A DNA stretch of 64,000 bases from Phototrophicaceae bacterium (GTDB lineage: Bacteria; Chloroflexota; Anaerolineae; Aggregatilineales; Phototrophicaceae): the NCBI GenBank assembly GCA_965208235.1, contig OZ242327.1, positions 780,526 through 844,525 on the forward strand. The letters run 5' to 3'. Position 1 is the stretch's first letter; every line of letters starts with the position of its first letter. Shown piece by piece: positions 54,123-62,406 of this stretch. Below the pieces are notes generated by a model that was not told where the DNA came from, searched no databases, and saw only the letters and a program-made list of their open reading frames with translations. The position numbers and the translations under genes are program-made.

Positions 54123-55724
54123 ATGCACCGCGTCCTCAATTTCCTTTTAATTATGCTGTTCAGTTTGATGCTTGTACATACCTTGGTGTACCTGGCTTTT
54201 GGCGTCGCCCTCATCCCTTTTCCCTTTGATTACGACCAGGCCGAGGGCTTTGAACTCAATAACGCGGTCTTGCTGGCGTCGGGAGGCTGCCCCTATTGCG
54301 ACAATGATGTCTTCCCCTTCTACGGCAGCGGCTATCCCCCGCTGTTTCATCTGTTGATGGTCCCCTTTGTGAAACTGTTTGGACCGCAGTTTTGGTATGG
54401 TCGTCTGATGATTTTCGGCGCGACGCTCGTCACCGCATGGGCAATCGCTTGGGCAGTGTTTCGCGATTCCGGGCATCGGATGATCGCCATGATCGCCGGG
54501 TTGGCCTTTTTGTCCTCCAATTATGTCTATCACATCGGTCCCCTGCTGCGTCAGCATTTGCTCATGGTGATGTTCGAAACCTTGGCTGTGGCAACCATAG
54601 CGGGCGCCTTCGAGCCCCGCGTCAATACAAGGCGACGCCTGTTTGTCGCCTTTGCCCTGCTGCTTTGCGCCGGCTATACCAAACAACTGGCCTACACCAG
54701 TTGTATCGCCGTCTCGTTATGGTTATTCTTGCGCAATCCGCGCGCCGCGATTCAATACAGCTTGGGTCTTGCGCTGGCGGCTGGCGGCATTTTCGCGCTT
54801 TTGACGCTCGTGACCGACGGTCACTGGTGGATCAACATAATCGCCGCAAATCAGAATCCCTACCGAATGGACCAGTTCCTCGGTTTGCTGCAGCAGTTCC
54901 TGAGACTCCACGGCTGGCTGCTTGCGCTGGCAATTAGCATGGTCGTTTACGAGCTGTACTTTGATCGATTGTCGGTCTTCTCAATCTGGTTCCTTGCCGC
55001 CTTCATCAACACCAGCGCCGCCGGAAAATGGGGCGCCGGGGACAGCTACTTCGTTACCGCGCTCGCCGCCATCTGTATCTTGAGCGGGATTTTCCTTGCC
55101 CGATCGGCAGCCGGAACTTGGCATTTGCCGGGCAACTATCTGTCGCGCTTCCTGAAGCCGCCCGGGGGGCTTGCGGTTGGCAAATTGCTCCCGCTTTCAG
55201 CCACCCTGCTCTTCCTGGCATACGGCATCTCCGTTTTCAAATTGCCGACATCGGGACCAGTCTTCGCGCCTATCGCCTCAGCCCTCAACATCCAACCGCT
55301 GCCATCCTGGCGTTACCCTTTATACGATCCCGCCGGGTGGACGGTCGGCTATGCGGTAACCGGCCACTTGCCCTCTCAAGACGACTATGAGGGGGGCTGG
55401 GCGATTGTCGATGCGATCAAGCAGGCTGACGGGCTGCTGCTCTCCGAAGATGCCGGCTTCAATCTGCGCAGCGGGCGCGAAGTCATAGCCAATGCCATAC
55501 AATTGAAAAATTTGTGGGAGAACGGTTTGTTCGACCCGACAGAGTTGATCGAAATGATCCGGTCTCACAGTTTTGCAGTGGTGATTATCCGCGCGAGCCT
55601 GTTCCCCCCGCCGGTGATGACCGCGATTATCAGCGATTATCAGCTTGATCAAATCATCTCGATGAATGGCTTCGATTACCAATTGTGGAGGCCCCGGAGG
55701 AGCGCAAGCGCCGGCGATGATTGA
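54123..55724 (+). CDS. Polytopic membrane protein, GT-C-fold glycosyltransferase-like (ArnT/PMT/GT87-style), tentative
   Basis: The ATG at 54123 gives MHRVLNFLLIMLFSLMLVH. It has at least 11 TM segments and an acidic first-loop motif FPFDYDQAEGF where GT-C enzymes carry their DxD/DE motif. A soluble C-terminal domain of about 150 aa follows. Confidence 0.45.
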   Translation: MHRVLNFLLIMLFSLMLVHTLVYLAFGVALIPFPFDYDQAEGFELNNAVLLASGGCPYCDNDVFPFYGSGYPPLFHLLMVPFVKLFGPQFWYGRLMIFGATLVTAWAIAWAVFRDSGHRMIAMIAGLAFLSSNYVYHIGPLLRQHLLMVMFETLAVATIAGAFEPRVNTRRRLFVAFALLLCAGYTKQLAYTSCIAVSLWLFLRNPRAAIQYSLGLALAAGGIFALLTLVTDGHWWINIIAANQNPYRMDQFLGLLQQFLRLHGWLLALAISMVVYELYFDRLSVFSIWFLAAFINTSAAGKWGAGDSYFVTALAAICILSGIFLARSAAGTWHLPGNYLSRFLKPPGGLAVGKLLPLSATLLFLAYGISVFKLPTSGPVFAPIASALNIQPLPSWRYPLYDPAGWTVGYAVTGHLPSQDDYEGGWAIVDAIKQADGLLLSEDAGFNLRSGREVIANAIQLKNLWENGLFDPTELIEMIRSHSFAVVIIRASLFPPPVMTAIISDYQLDQIISMNGFDYQLWRPRRSASAGDD

Positions 55725-56091
55725 CGGATTCACGCTCGGTTTTCGCCGGTGATATTTCGCGCAAGTCCCATTAGAATGCCCTCAACACAGCCGCCCATGA
55801 GCGACGCGGTTTATTAAAAAGAGGAAAGATCCCGCGACCTGATTGCCGGCATGCCGCCGAAGAAAATGTTTTTTCGGCAGTTTGGCAATTTGGCGGGTGG
55901 TTGTTAATGTGCAAGCGAGGTCAGGGTAGTGGGGATCCGGGCGAGCGTGGCGACTAAATGGTCGCGGGTTGGATTCACCACAGCCGCTCGGCGCGCAAGC
56001 GGCGAAAAAGTCCCAGGAATGCCCCGCCCACAGGAAATAACAAGCTTTCTCCTTGCATGAGCAAGCGGGTGTTAAACAAGAGGGAGATTTC

Positions 56092-56595
56092 ATGAGCGAA
56101 GTCGACGGTCAAGCATTCAAGAACATCCTGGCCTGCTGGACGGCTGGCATCACCGTAGTTTCTGTTTCGTCCGAGGGAGATTGGCAGGCGATCACAGTCA
56201 ACTCCTTTGCCAGCGTGAGCATGAGCCCGCCCCTGGTTTGCCTGAACATCGCCAATCGGCTTGATACACGCGCTTACATGGCGCGCGAGGGGCATTTCTC
56301 GGTGAGCATTCTTTCCGACCAGCAATTGGAGCTGGGCAAGCGATTTGCCGGCTACTCCGATGATATACTTGATAACCGCTTCGACGGGCTGAACTGCGAT
56401 ACAAGCTCGCTAGGCGATCCCATCATCCCCGATGCGATGGCCTGGCTTGGCTGCACGGTCGAGCACATGATCAATGTAGGCGAGAATTCCATGTTTGTTG
56501 GTTATGTGCGGGAAGGCGGCTGGACAAGCGACAAAACGCCGCTCTTGTATCACAACCGATTGTGGGGAACTTTTGCGGCTACAGAGGAAAAGTAG
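56092..56595 (+). CDS. Flavin reductase-like (FMN-binding split-barrel) protein
   Basis: The ATG at 56092 lies 6 nt after AGGGAG. FKNILACWTAGITVVSV...AITVNSFASVSMSPPLVCLNI... Confidence 0.8.
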   Translation: MSEVDGQAFKNILACWTAGITVVSVSSEGDWQAITVNSFASVSMSPPLVCLNIANRLDTRAYMAREGHFSVSILSDQQLELGKRFAGYSDDILDNRFDGLNCDTSSLGDPIIPDAMAWLGCTVEHMINVGENSMFVGYVREGGWTSDKTPLLYHNRLWGTFAATEEK

Positions 56596-56629
56596 TCGAT
56601 AATGCCCCACTTTCAACGGGATAAAATAG

Positions 56630-57367
56630 CTAGACCAGCTCGCGGGCGGCGATTGCCGCGCCAATGATCCCGGCTCGATTGCGCAATTGCGCCGGCACAA
56701 TTTTTGTTGCGCAGGAAATATGAGGAAAGAACTTATCGTATTTCTTGCTGACGCCGCCCCCGATGATGAAAATATCCGGCGTGAAGAGCGCTTCAATATA
56801 GCGCAGGTGCTCGGAAATGCGCTTGCCCCACTTGCGCCAACTGTATCCGTTTTCCTGGCGTCCGCGGTCGGATGTGCGATCTTCGGCATCTTTGCCCCGA
56901 ATAATGAGATGGCCAAATTCGGTGTTCGGTATCAAAACGCCATCTATGAAAAATGCGCTGCCGACCCCAGTGCCCAAGGTCAGGATGACGACCAAGCCGC
57001 CCTGGTCTTTCCCGGCGCCAAACTGCAATTCCGCGATGCCGGCCGCGTCAGCATCATTGAGGACAAGCACCGGGTTAGCGCTAGCCGCCCGAAAGAGCGC
57101 CTGCGCATCGGCATCAATCCACTCGTCATCGACATTTGCCGCCGTACGGGTTATCCCATGCTGTACGACAGCGGGAAAAGTGCAACCAACTGGTCCTTCC
57201 CAGCCAAAGTGCCTGACAATCTCGCCGACGACATCGGCGACGGGTTCGGGTTTGGCCGGTTGCGGCGTTTCGATGCGAAGACGCTCAGTGACGAAGATGC
57301 CCTTGCAGGTATCGACAATTGCGCCTTTGATGCCCGACCCGCCAATGTCTATGCCCAAGACTTCCAT
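56630..57367 (-). CDS. ppgK: ROK-family polyphosphate/ATP glucokinase
   Basis: MEVLGIDIGGSGIKGAIVD, LNDADAAGIAE, TLGTGVGSAFF and IIGGGVSK. Confidence 0.85.
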   Translation of the reverse strand: MEVLGIDIGGSGIKGAIVDTCKGIFVTERLRIETPQPAKPEPVADVVGEIVRHFGWEGPVGCTFPAVVQHGITRTAANVDDEWIDADAQALFRAASANPVLVLNDADAAGIAELQFGAGKDQGGLVVILTLGTGVGSAFFIDGVLIPNTEFGHLIIRGKDAEDRTSDRGRQENGYSWRKWGKRISEHLRYIEALFTPDIFIIGGGVSKKYDKFFPHISCATKIVPAQLRNRAGIIGAAIAARELV

Positions 57368-57548
57368 GCTCTGCCCTCTCCGCTGAGCTCGAATTCAAAC
57401 TGTGCAATCATACCAAATTCGCAAACGATGTCATAATAGCAACTGAATCAAAGATATATGATTGGATGCTGTTGGGCTGTTGGGGTTTCTATGGTCGGAG
57501 CAACAAGGCGCGGAAACCTGCGATTGCTCTGCGCGTTGATACACGAGC

Positions 57549-57578
57549 TTGAATTGCCAAACATTTGGCTGTTATAGT
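57549..57578 (+). promoter_or_regulatory. Candidate promoter of the L,D-transpeptidase gene, with an embedded palindrome
   Basis: TTGAAT (57549-57554), 18-nt spacer, TATAGT (57573-57578). The spacer contains GCCAAA-CA-TTTGGC. Confidence 0.3.
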
Positions 57579-57605
57579 GATAGTGAAGAGTCATTGAGCA
57601 AATTG

Positions 57606-58649
57606 ATGAGACCGCAAATGCTTCGTTCCACCCTTTGCATGCTTGTTTTTGTCCTGATTCTGAATGTATCTGGCTTTGCCAGCGCGCAGAATAGTTGCGC
57701 GGCTGGAAGCTGCGGGCTGGATCAAAGCGCCATCGCTTCATACCCCAGACCACAGGTGGTTCCATTGCAAATTGATGAAACGCTCCTCAATGACCGCGAA
57801 TACCGACAAGTCAGCGCTGGACTGGATATCTACGATCAACCGGCCGGGCAGGTCATAGAAAGTCTCGGCGCCGGTTACAGCTTCGTCACTGTGCAGGATG
57901 AGTTGGACGGCTGGGCGCATATTGGCGACGGCAAGTGGGTCTTGTCCGATAGCCTGGGAGAGCCGTGGAGGCCCTCAAGGTTTGCCGGCGTGAAATTGCC
58001 GGACCAGGAGCTCCCCTATACCATGGCTTGGACCTTGCGTCACGTGAATGGTTCGCAGACCCCGGGCGGGCCCGAATCCGCGAGCAACCCGTTTCTCTAT
58101 CGCTACTCCCGGGTCAACATCTACTCAACTGTCGTCGTTGACGGCTACAACTGGTATCAAATCGGGAGCAATCAATGGGTGCATCAATTCAAGGTCGCCA
58201 AGCTCCTGCCAGTGGCAAAGCCGGAAGGGGTTGATACGCATAAATGGGTCAGCGTCGACCTTTACGAACAAGTCGCCACCGCCTACGAAGGCGACAAGCC
58301 GGTCTTCGCCACATTGATTTCCTCGGGGCTGGAAGAATGGCCCACTAATAGAGGCGTTTTCCATGTCTATGTGCGTTTCCCTCGAACGCTCATGAGCGGC
58401 GCCTACAATCAGCCAGATTTCTATTATCTCCAAGAAGTGCCTTGGACGATGTATTTCGACGGGGATATTGCCTTGCACGGCGCTTACTGGCACGACGGAT
58501 TCGGCTATCGCAAGAGCCACGGTTGCGTAAACATGACCATTACCGACGCCCACTGGCTGTTTCAATGGGCGGAAGATGAATATGACTTTGCCAACGGGGA
58601 CTATACCGGTCCGGCCGTCTATGTCTACTCGAGCGGCGAGTATAATTGA
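57606..58649 (+). CDS. L,D-transpeptidase (YkuD domain) with an N-terminal SH3-like region
   Basis: The ATG at 57606 gives signal MRPQMLRSTLCMLVFVLILNVSGFASAQ. YkuD core: WVSVDLYEQVATAYEGDKPVFATLISSG...ALHGAYWHDGFGYRKSHGCVNM (catalytic Cys). Confidence 0.8.
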   Translation: MRPQMLRSTLCMLVFVLILNVSGFASAQNSCAAGSCGLDQSAIASYPRPQVVPLQIDETLLNDREYRQVSAGLDIYDQPAGQVIESLGAGYSFVTVQDELDGWAHIGDGKWVLSDSLGEPWRPSRFAGVKLPDQELPYTMAWTLRHVNGSQTPGGPESASNPFLYRYSRVNIYSTVVVDGYNWYQIGSNQWVHQFKVAKLLPVAKPEGVDTHKWVSVDLYEQVATAYEGDKPVFATLISSGLEEWPTNRGVFHVYVRFPRTLMSGAYNQPDFYYLQEVPWTMYFDGDIALHGAYWHDGFGYRKSHGCVNMTITDAHWLFQWAEDEYDFANGDYTGPAVYVYSSGEYN

Positions 58650-58677
58650 GCTTCATTTGAGCATCATTCCGCGAGGA

Positions 58678-59760
58678 TCACTTCGCCATAGCAAGTTCCG
58701 CCGCCGGCGAACCTTGAATGTATCCCCGCACCGCCAGCAATTCCGCGTTCAAGATGCTGCATCCCGCGGCGCCCCGCACCGTATTATGCGATAGCGCCGC
58801 GAACTTGTAACCCAGTATGGGACATTCGCGCAGGCGGCCGATACTCGTCACCATGCCCTGACCGGCGTCGCGGTCGCGTCTGGGCTGGGGACGGTCAATT
58901 TGCTCCAGATACTGTAGCGGGCTGTCGGGCGCGCTCGGCAGCGAGGGCACCGGGTCCGGTCCGCGAAAGGTCATCCAGTCCCGGATGATCGCATCGTAAT
59001 CCGGCGCGTCTTCAAGCTCGACCGAGATATTCACCAAGTGGCCGTCAATCACCGGCACGCGCGTGCAAGTGGCGCTGACAACCATTTCCAGCTCATCAAT
59101 CGCGCCGTCGCGAAAGCGTCCCAGCATCTTGCGCGATTCGGTCTCCATCTTGTTCTCGTCGCCCGGCACATAGGGGATGATATTGTCCAGGATGTCCAAG
59201 GAAGGCACGCCGGGATAGCCCGCCCCGCTAAGGGCTTGCTCGCTGACCAGGTGCAGGCGCCGGATCCCATATTTCAAAAGCGGCTTCAAGGACATGACCA
59301 CCGGCATCACCGTACAGTTTGAGTTCGCCACGAGCGCGCCGCCAGACCAGCCCCTGCGATATCGCTGGACATCAATCAAGCCAATATGATCCGCATTGAC
59401 CTCTGGCAACAATAGCGGGACATCCGGCGCCATACGGTTTACGGATACATTTGTACAAAGCACATGACCGGCTTCGGCCAACTCCACTTCGCGATTGATC
59501 GCCGCTTCCTTGGGCAGCGCCGAGAAGACCAAGGGAGAATCCAAGGGGTCATTCAGCGCTTTGACGGTCAGGTTTGCGATATTGTCCGGCGGATTGCCAT
59601 TGAGCGCCCAGTGAGCGGCTTCGCCGTAGGGTCTGCCCGCGCTGCGGCTCGAGCCGATGACTTCGCGCGCCTGAAACCAGGGATGCCCCTCCAGCAGTTG
59701 AATGAACCGCTGGCCGACGGCGCCGGTTGCGCCCAGAACCGCTACATCAATTTTTTGCAT
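58678..59760 (-). CDS. asd: Aspartate-semialdehyde dehydrogenase
   Basis: The ATG at 59760 gives MQKIDVAVLGATGAVGQRFIQLL. Active-site Cys in SNCTVMP. The track ORF extends to 59994, into pheA. Confidence 0.9.
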   Translation of the reverse strand: MQKIDVAVLGATGAVGQRFIQLLEGHPWFQAREVIGSSRSAGRPYGEAAHWALNGNPPDNIANLTVKALNDPLDSPLVFSALPKEAAINREVELAEAGHVLCTNVSVNRMAPDVPLLLPEVNADHIGLIDVQRYRRGWSGGALVANSNCTVMPVVMSLKPLLKYGIRRLHLVSEQALSGAGYPGVPSLDILDNIIPYVPGDENKMETESRKMLGRFRDGAIDELEMVVSATCTRVPVIDGHLVNISVELEDAPDYDAIIRDWMTFRGPDPVPSLPSAPDSPLQYLEQIDRPQPRRDRDAGQGMVTSIGRLRECPILGYKFAALSHNTVRGAAGCSILNAELLAVRGYIQGSPAAELAMAK

Positions 59761-59774
59761 CGTCCAAACCTGCC

Positions 59775-60608
59775 TCACATGCCTACAGTGCCGGACCGCA
59801 CAGCGGGGTAAGAGCCCAGCATTTTTACAAATGATGTCAAGTGCAGCAATTGCGTCAGAACATCCTGGCATTTCGGGTCTTGCCAGTGCCCCTCGAAGTC
59901 GAGATAAAACAAAGGCTCCCAGGGTCTGTTGCGGCGGGGACGGGATTCCAGCTTGGTCAAGTTCAAATCTCGCTTGGCGAACTCTCCCAGGCATTTATAC
60001 AAGGCGGCAGGCTGATTGCGCGTGGCGAAGACGATCGAGGTCTTGTTGTAATCCGAGGGTTCTGGATCGCCGTGGCCCATCAAAAGGAAGCGCGTATAGT
60101 TATAGGGCTCGTCCTCGATTTCCCTGGCGACTATCTCCAGACTATAAAGCTCCGCCGCCAATTCCGTCGCGATTACGCCCAGCCCCGGCTGAGGGTCATG
60201 GGAGAGGTCCTGCGCCGCGCCTGCGGTATCGTACCAACCTACAGGTTCCAAATTGTAGCGTCTGAGAAATCTTTTGCATTGCATCAAGGCTTGCGGGTGC
60301 GAGCGAACTTGCTTGATATCATTCAAGCTTGTGCCGGGAGTGCCCAGCAAGGCATGGTGAACATGAAGGATCACCTCGGCCTGGATGCGCACATCATGAT
60401 CGAGCAGCATTTCGTAAGCGCCGCTGACCGAGCCGGCCAAGGCGTTCTCTACCGGCAGCAAGCTGTAATCCGCTTCATCCGACTGCAAGACGTCAAAGAG
60501 ATGATTAAAATCCTGGCAAGGCAGGCAATCCACATCTGTCCCGAAATGCTGCCGCACAGCGATTTCTGAATTTGCGCCGGGAATCCCTTGATACGCTACG
60601 CTTGGCAT
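59775..60608 (-). CDS. pheA: Prephenate dehydratase (PDT plus ACT domains)
   Basis: VAYQGIPGANSE, NYTRFLL and the ACT region LTKLESRPRRNRPWEPLFYLDFEGH. Confidence 0.9.
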   Translation of the reverse strand: MPSVAYQGIPGANSEIAVRQHFGTDVDCLPCQDFNHLFDVLQSDEADYSLLPVENALAGSVSGAYEMLLDHDVRIQAEVILHVHHALLGTPGTSLNDIKQVRSHPQALMQCKRFLRRYNLEPVGWYDTAGAAQDLSHDPQPGLGVIATELAAELYSLEIVAREIEDEPYNYTRFLLMGHGDPEPSDYNKTSIVFATRNQPAALYKCLGEFAKRDLNLTKLESRPRRNRPWEPLFYLDFEGHWQDPKCQDVLTQLLHLTSFVKMLGSYPAVRSGTVGM

Positions 60609-60672
60609 AAGGTCGCCACTTCCAAAATCGAGTGCGCCGAATCATATCCGATGAGGGTGATTTATGAAAGAC

Positions 60673-60702
60673 TTGAAATCGCTCTATGCCGTGACGTATA
60701 AA
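60673..60702 (+). promoter_or_regulatory. Candidate promoter upstream of hsp20
   Basis: TTGAAA (60673-60678), 18-nt spacer, TATAAA (60697-60702). A second TATAAT lies at 60747-60752. No CIRCE or HAIR element recognised. Confidence 0.25.
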
Positions 60703-60782
60703 TGGCGAGGCGCCTTTGGTCTTGCGACCGATTACACCGAAACTCGTATAATGATATGAAGCCCTTGATGCCAGGAGACAAA

Positions 60783-61220
60783 ATGACCGGAGAACAGCGA
60801 TTCGACCCAATGAAAGAAATACAGAACATTGGCGAGCACATCAGCAAACAGATCGAAAAAGGTATCCGAAATGTCACAAGCGGGCCAGAGCAGCTCGCGC
60901 TTGATATGTACGAGGCGGAGGATCAACTTGTAATCCGCACGGCGGCCATTGACGGCTTGCTCAAGGAAAGTATTGAGATCAGCCTCGAAAGCAATGTGCT
61001 GACGATCTCGCTGCAAACGGAAGCCGAATCTACGCCGACAACAGCACGCTATTTCTTGCAGGAACGGCGCTTCGGCCGCGTCAGTCGTTCGGTCGAATTG
61101 TCAATACCCGTGAAGGGAAACGAAGCGCGGGCAAAAGTAGAAAACGGCAACCGCCTTGTCGTTACCATGCCGGTGGATGACAGCATTTATGGCAACATTA
61201 CCGTGACCCCGGTTGAATAG
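60783..61220 (+). CDS. Small heat-shock protein (Hsp20/alpha-crystallin)
   Basis: The ATG at 60783 lies 4 nt after AGGAGA. Alpha-crystallin core: LDMYEAEDQLVIRTAAIDGL...LTISL...ERRFGRVSRSVELSIPV...AKVENGNRLVVTMP. Confidence 0.85.
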   Translation: MTGEQRFDPMKEIQNIGEHISKQIEKGIRNVTSGPEQLALDMYEAEDQLVIRTAAIDGLLKESIEISLESNVLTISLQTEAESTPTTARYFLQERRFGRVSRSVELSIPVKGNEARAKVENGNRLVVTMPVDDSIYGNITVTPVE

Positions 61221-61269
61221 GCGCGGACCGCGCGCTTAGGCTACCTTTGGCCAAGGCATCCATGCCGAT

Positions 61270-62307
61270 TCAATTGTCGAGATGGCTTAGCCTGGCGAAC
61301 TCCAATTGCTTGTCGAACTTGTCAAGCAAGGTCTTCTTCCGCTCGTCTTCCAGGAACGACAGCTGAATGGATCTTCGAGCCAGGTCGACGACATCTGACA
61401 GATCCAACCCGCATTGTTCGACCGCCATGACGTATTCATCCACAAGAGAGCTCCGGTAAAGTCTTGGCATGCCCGAGGCCAAAAGCACTGGCGCGTCATT
61501 CTCCACAAGCGCGCGGAGCGGATAAGCGGTGGCATCGTCGACCAAGCCGCGCCGCAGCGCGCGACTTATGGAAACAACAATCGGCATGCCGGATTCGGCA
61601 AGGCTGTCAAGGATATCCGGTTTATCATGAATACCCCAGGTTTCGGTCAGCCGATGCGGTTCAAGCTCCTCCAACGCGGACAGCAAGTCGTCGGCGCCCA
61701 TGCTGCCGATTTGCGCTACCGTATAAATGCCCTTCTTGCGAGCGGTCGCGAATGCGCGTTTGAACTGGCCCAGCGGTTGCGCGCTATCTTCGCCGATCAG
61801 CCCGAGCGCAACCACGTTTCCACTTTTCGCCGTAGCGCCAGTGGCCCAGCGCGCCACGTCATCGCCGACTCGCGGATTATCCCGTGGAATGCAAAGGATC
61901 CAGGACATGTCGGCGCCCCAACCCCGCAGCGCGCGATCTCGACCGTCATTGAGCGCGTTGATAAAGACGTCAATGCTCATCGAAGAATGCTGCATGAATT
62001 CGGAGGGCGTGACAGCTATTTCAGCATAGCTGACCTTGGCTTTGGCAAGCCCGACGCCGATATCATATACGACCCGCGCAATATCCTCCGGATATCTCAC
62101 CCAGCTTGCGGCGACGGCGGCCAGTTCATCGATACGTTGATCATCGGGATTGACCAGCAAATCCGTCCAATAGGCAAAATCATCAGTCTCTGCGGGAAGG
62201 CCATTTTGGCGAGCGATCATCAGCAAACCTTCGTCAACGAAAGCGCCGGTCAACTGCAGGTTGAGATCCACTTTTGGGATAGCGGCAAAGAATTCGCGAA
62301 GGCTCAT
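61270..62307 (-). CDS. Adenosine/AMP-deaminase-fold protein with all catalytic/metal ligands substituted (probable pseudoenzyme)
   Basis: FFAAIPKVDLNLQLTGAF aligns with PKVELHxHLDGA. YTVAQIGSMG aligns with TxHAGE. HRLTETWG aligns with RIGHG. VLLASGMP aligns with SxNTDDP. Confidence 0.65.
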   Translation of the reverse strand: MSLREFFAAIPKVDLNLQLTGAFVDEGLLMIARQNGLPAETDDFAYWTDLLVNPDDQRIDELAAVAASWVRYPEDIARVVYDIGVGLAKAKVSYAEIAVTPSEFMQHSSMSIDVFINALNDGRDRALRGWGADMSWILCIPRDNPRVGDDVARWATGATAKSGNVVALGLIGEDSAQPLGQFKRAFATARKKGIYTVAQIGSMGADDLLSALEELEPHRLTETWGIHDKPDILDSLAESGMPIVVSISRALRRGLVDDATAYPLRALVENDAPVLLASGMPRLYRSSLVDEYVMAVEQCGLDLSDVVDLARRSIQLSFLEDERKKTLLDKFDKQLEFARLSHLDN

Positions 62308-62406
62308 ATCACATTCCTCGTAAACGAATAACTAGCCGGAGCAAGAATCGGCGAAGGCGCGCGGGAAACAGGGATGCGAGATGCTCATTGAGGGCACATT
62401 GAAGGC

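Noticed and set aside
55725-56091. FMN or TPP riboswitch upstream of the flavin reductase gene
   Set aside because: There are partial look-alikes: GCGGCGAAAAAGTCCCAGGAATG against the RFN 3' segment, and ACCTGATTGCCGGCATGCC against the TPP ACCUGAUCUGGAUAAUGCC. The remaining conserved cores (GGGUGAAAUUCCC for FMN, CUGAGA for TPP) and the expected helices are absent. I report it only as an unclassified structured region. SRP RNA, RNase P and tmRNA signatures were also not found.
56687-57436. 249-aa + ORF (and 56817..57386) opposite ppgK
   Set aside because: These are antisense shadows. The minus-strand frame has clear ROK glucokinase motifs.
59841-60569. 242-aa + ORF opposite pheA (also 59702..60265 and 59464..59811)
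   Set aside because: These are antisense or out-of-frame shadows of the pheA and asd genes. No motifs were found.
61221-61235. Bidirectional intrinsic terminator between hsp20 and the deaminase-like gene
   Set aside because: There is only a 5-bp GC stem (GCGCG / CGCGC) with a 5-nt loop and no convincing U-tract on either strand. This is too weak to annotate.
61414-62331. 305-aa + ORF opposite the adenosine-deaminase-like gene
   Set aside because: It is an Arg/His-rich antisense product. The minus frame aligns along its whole length with the A_deaminase framework.
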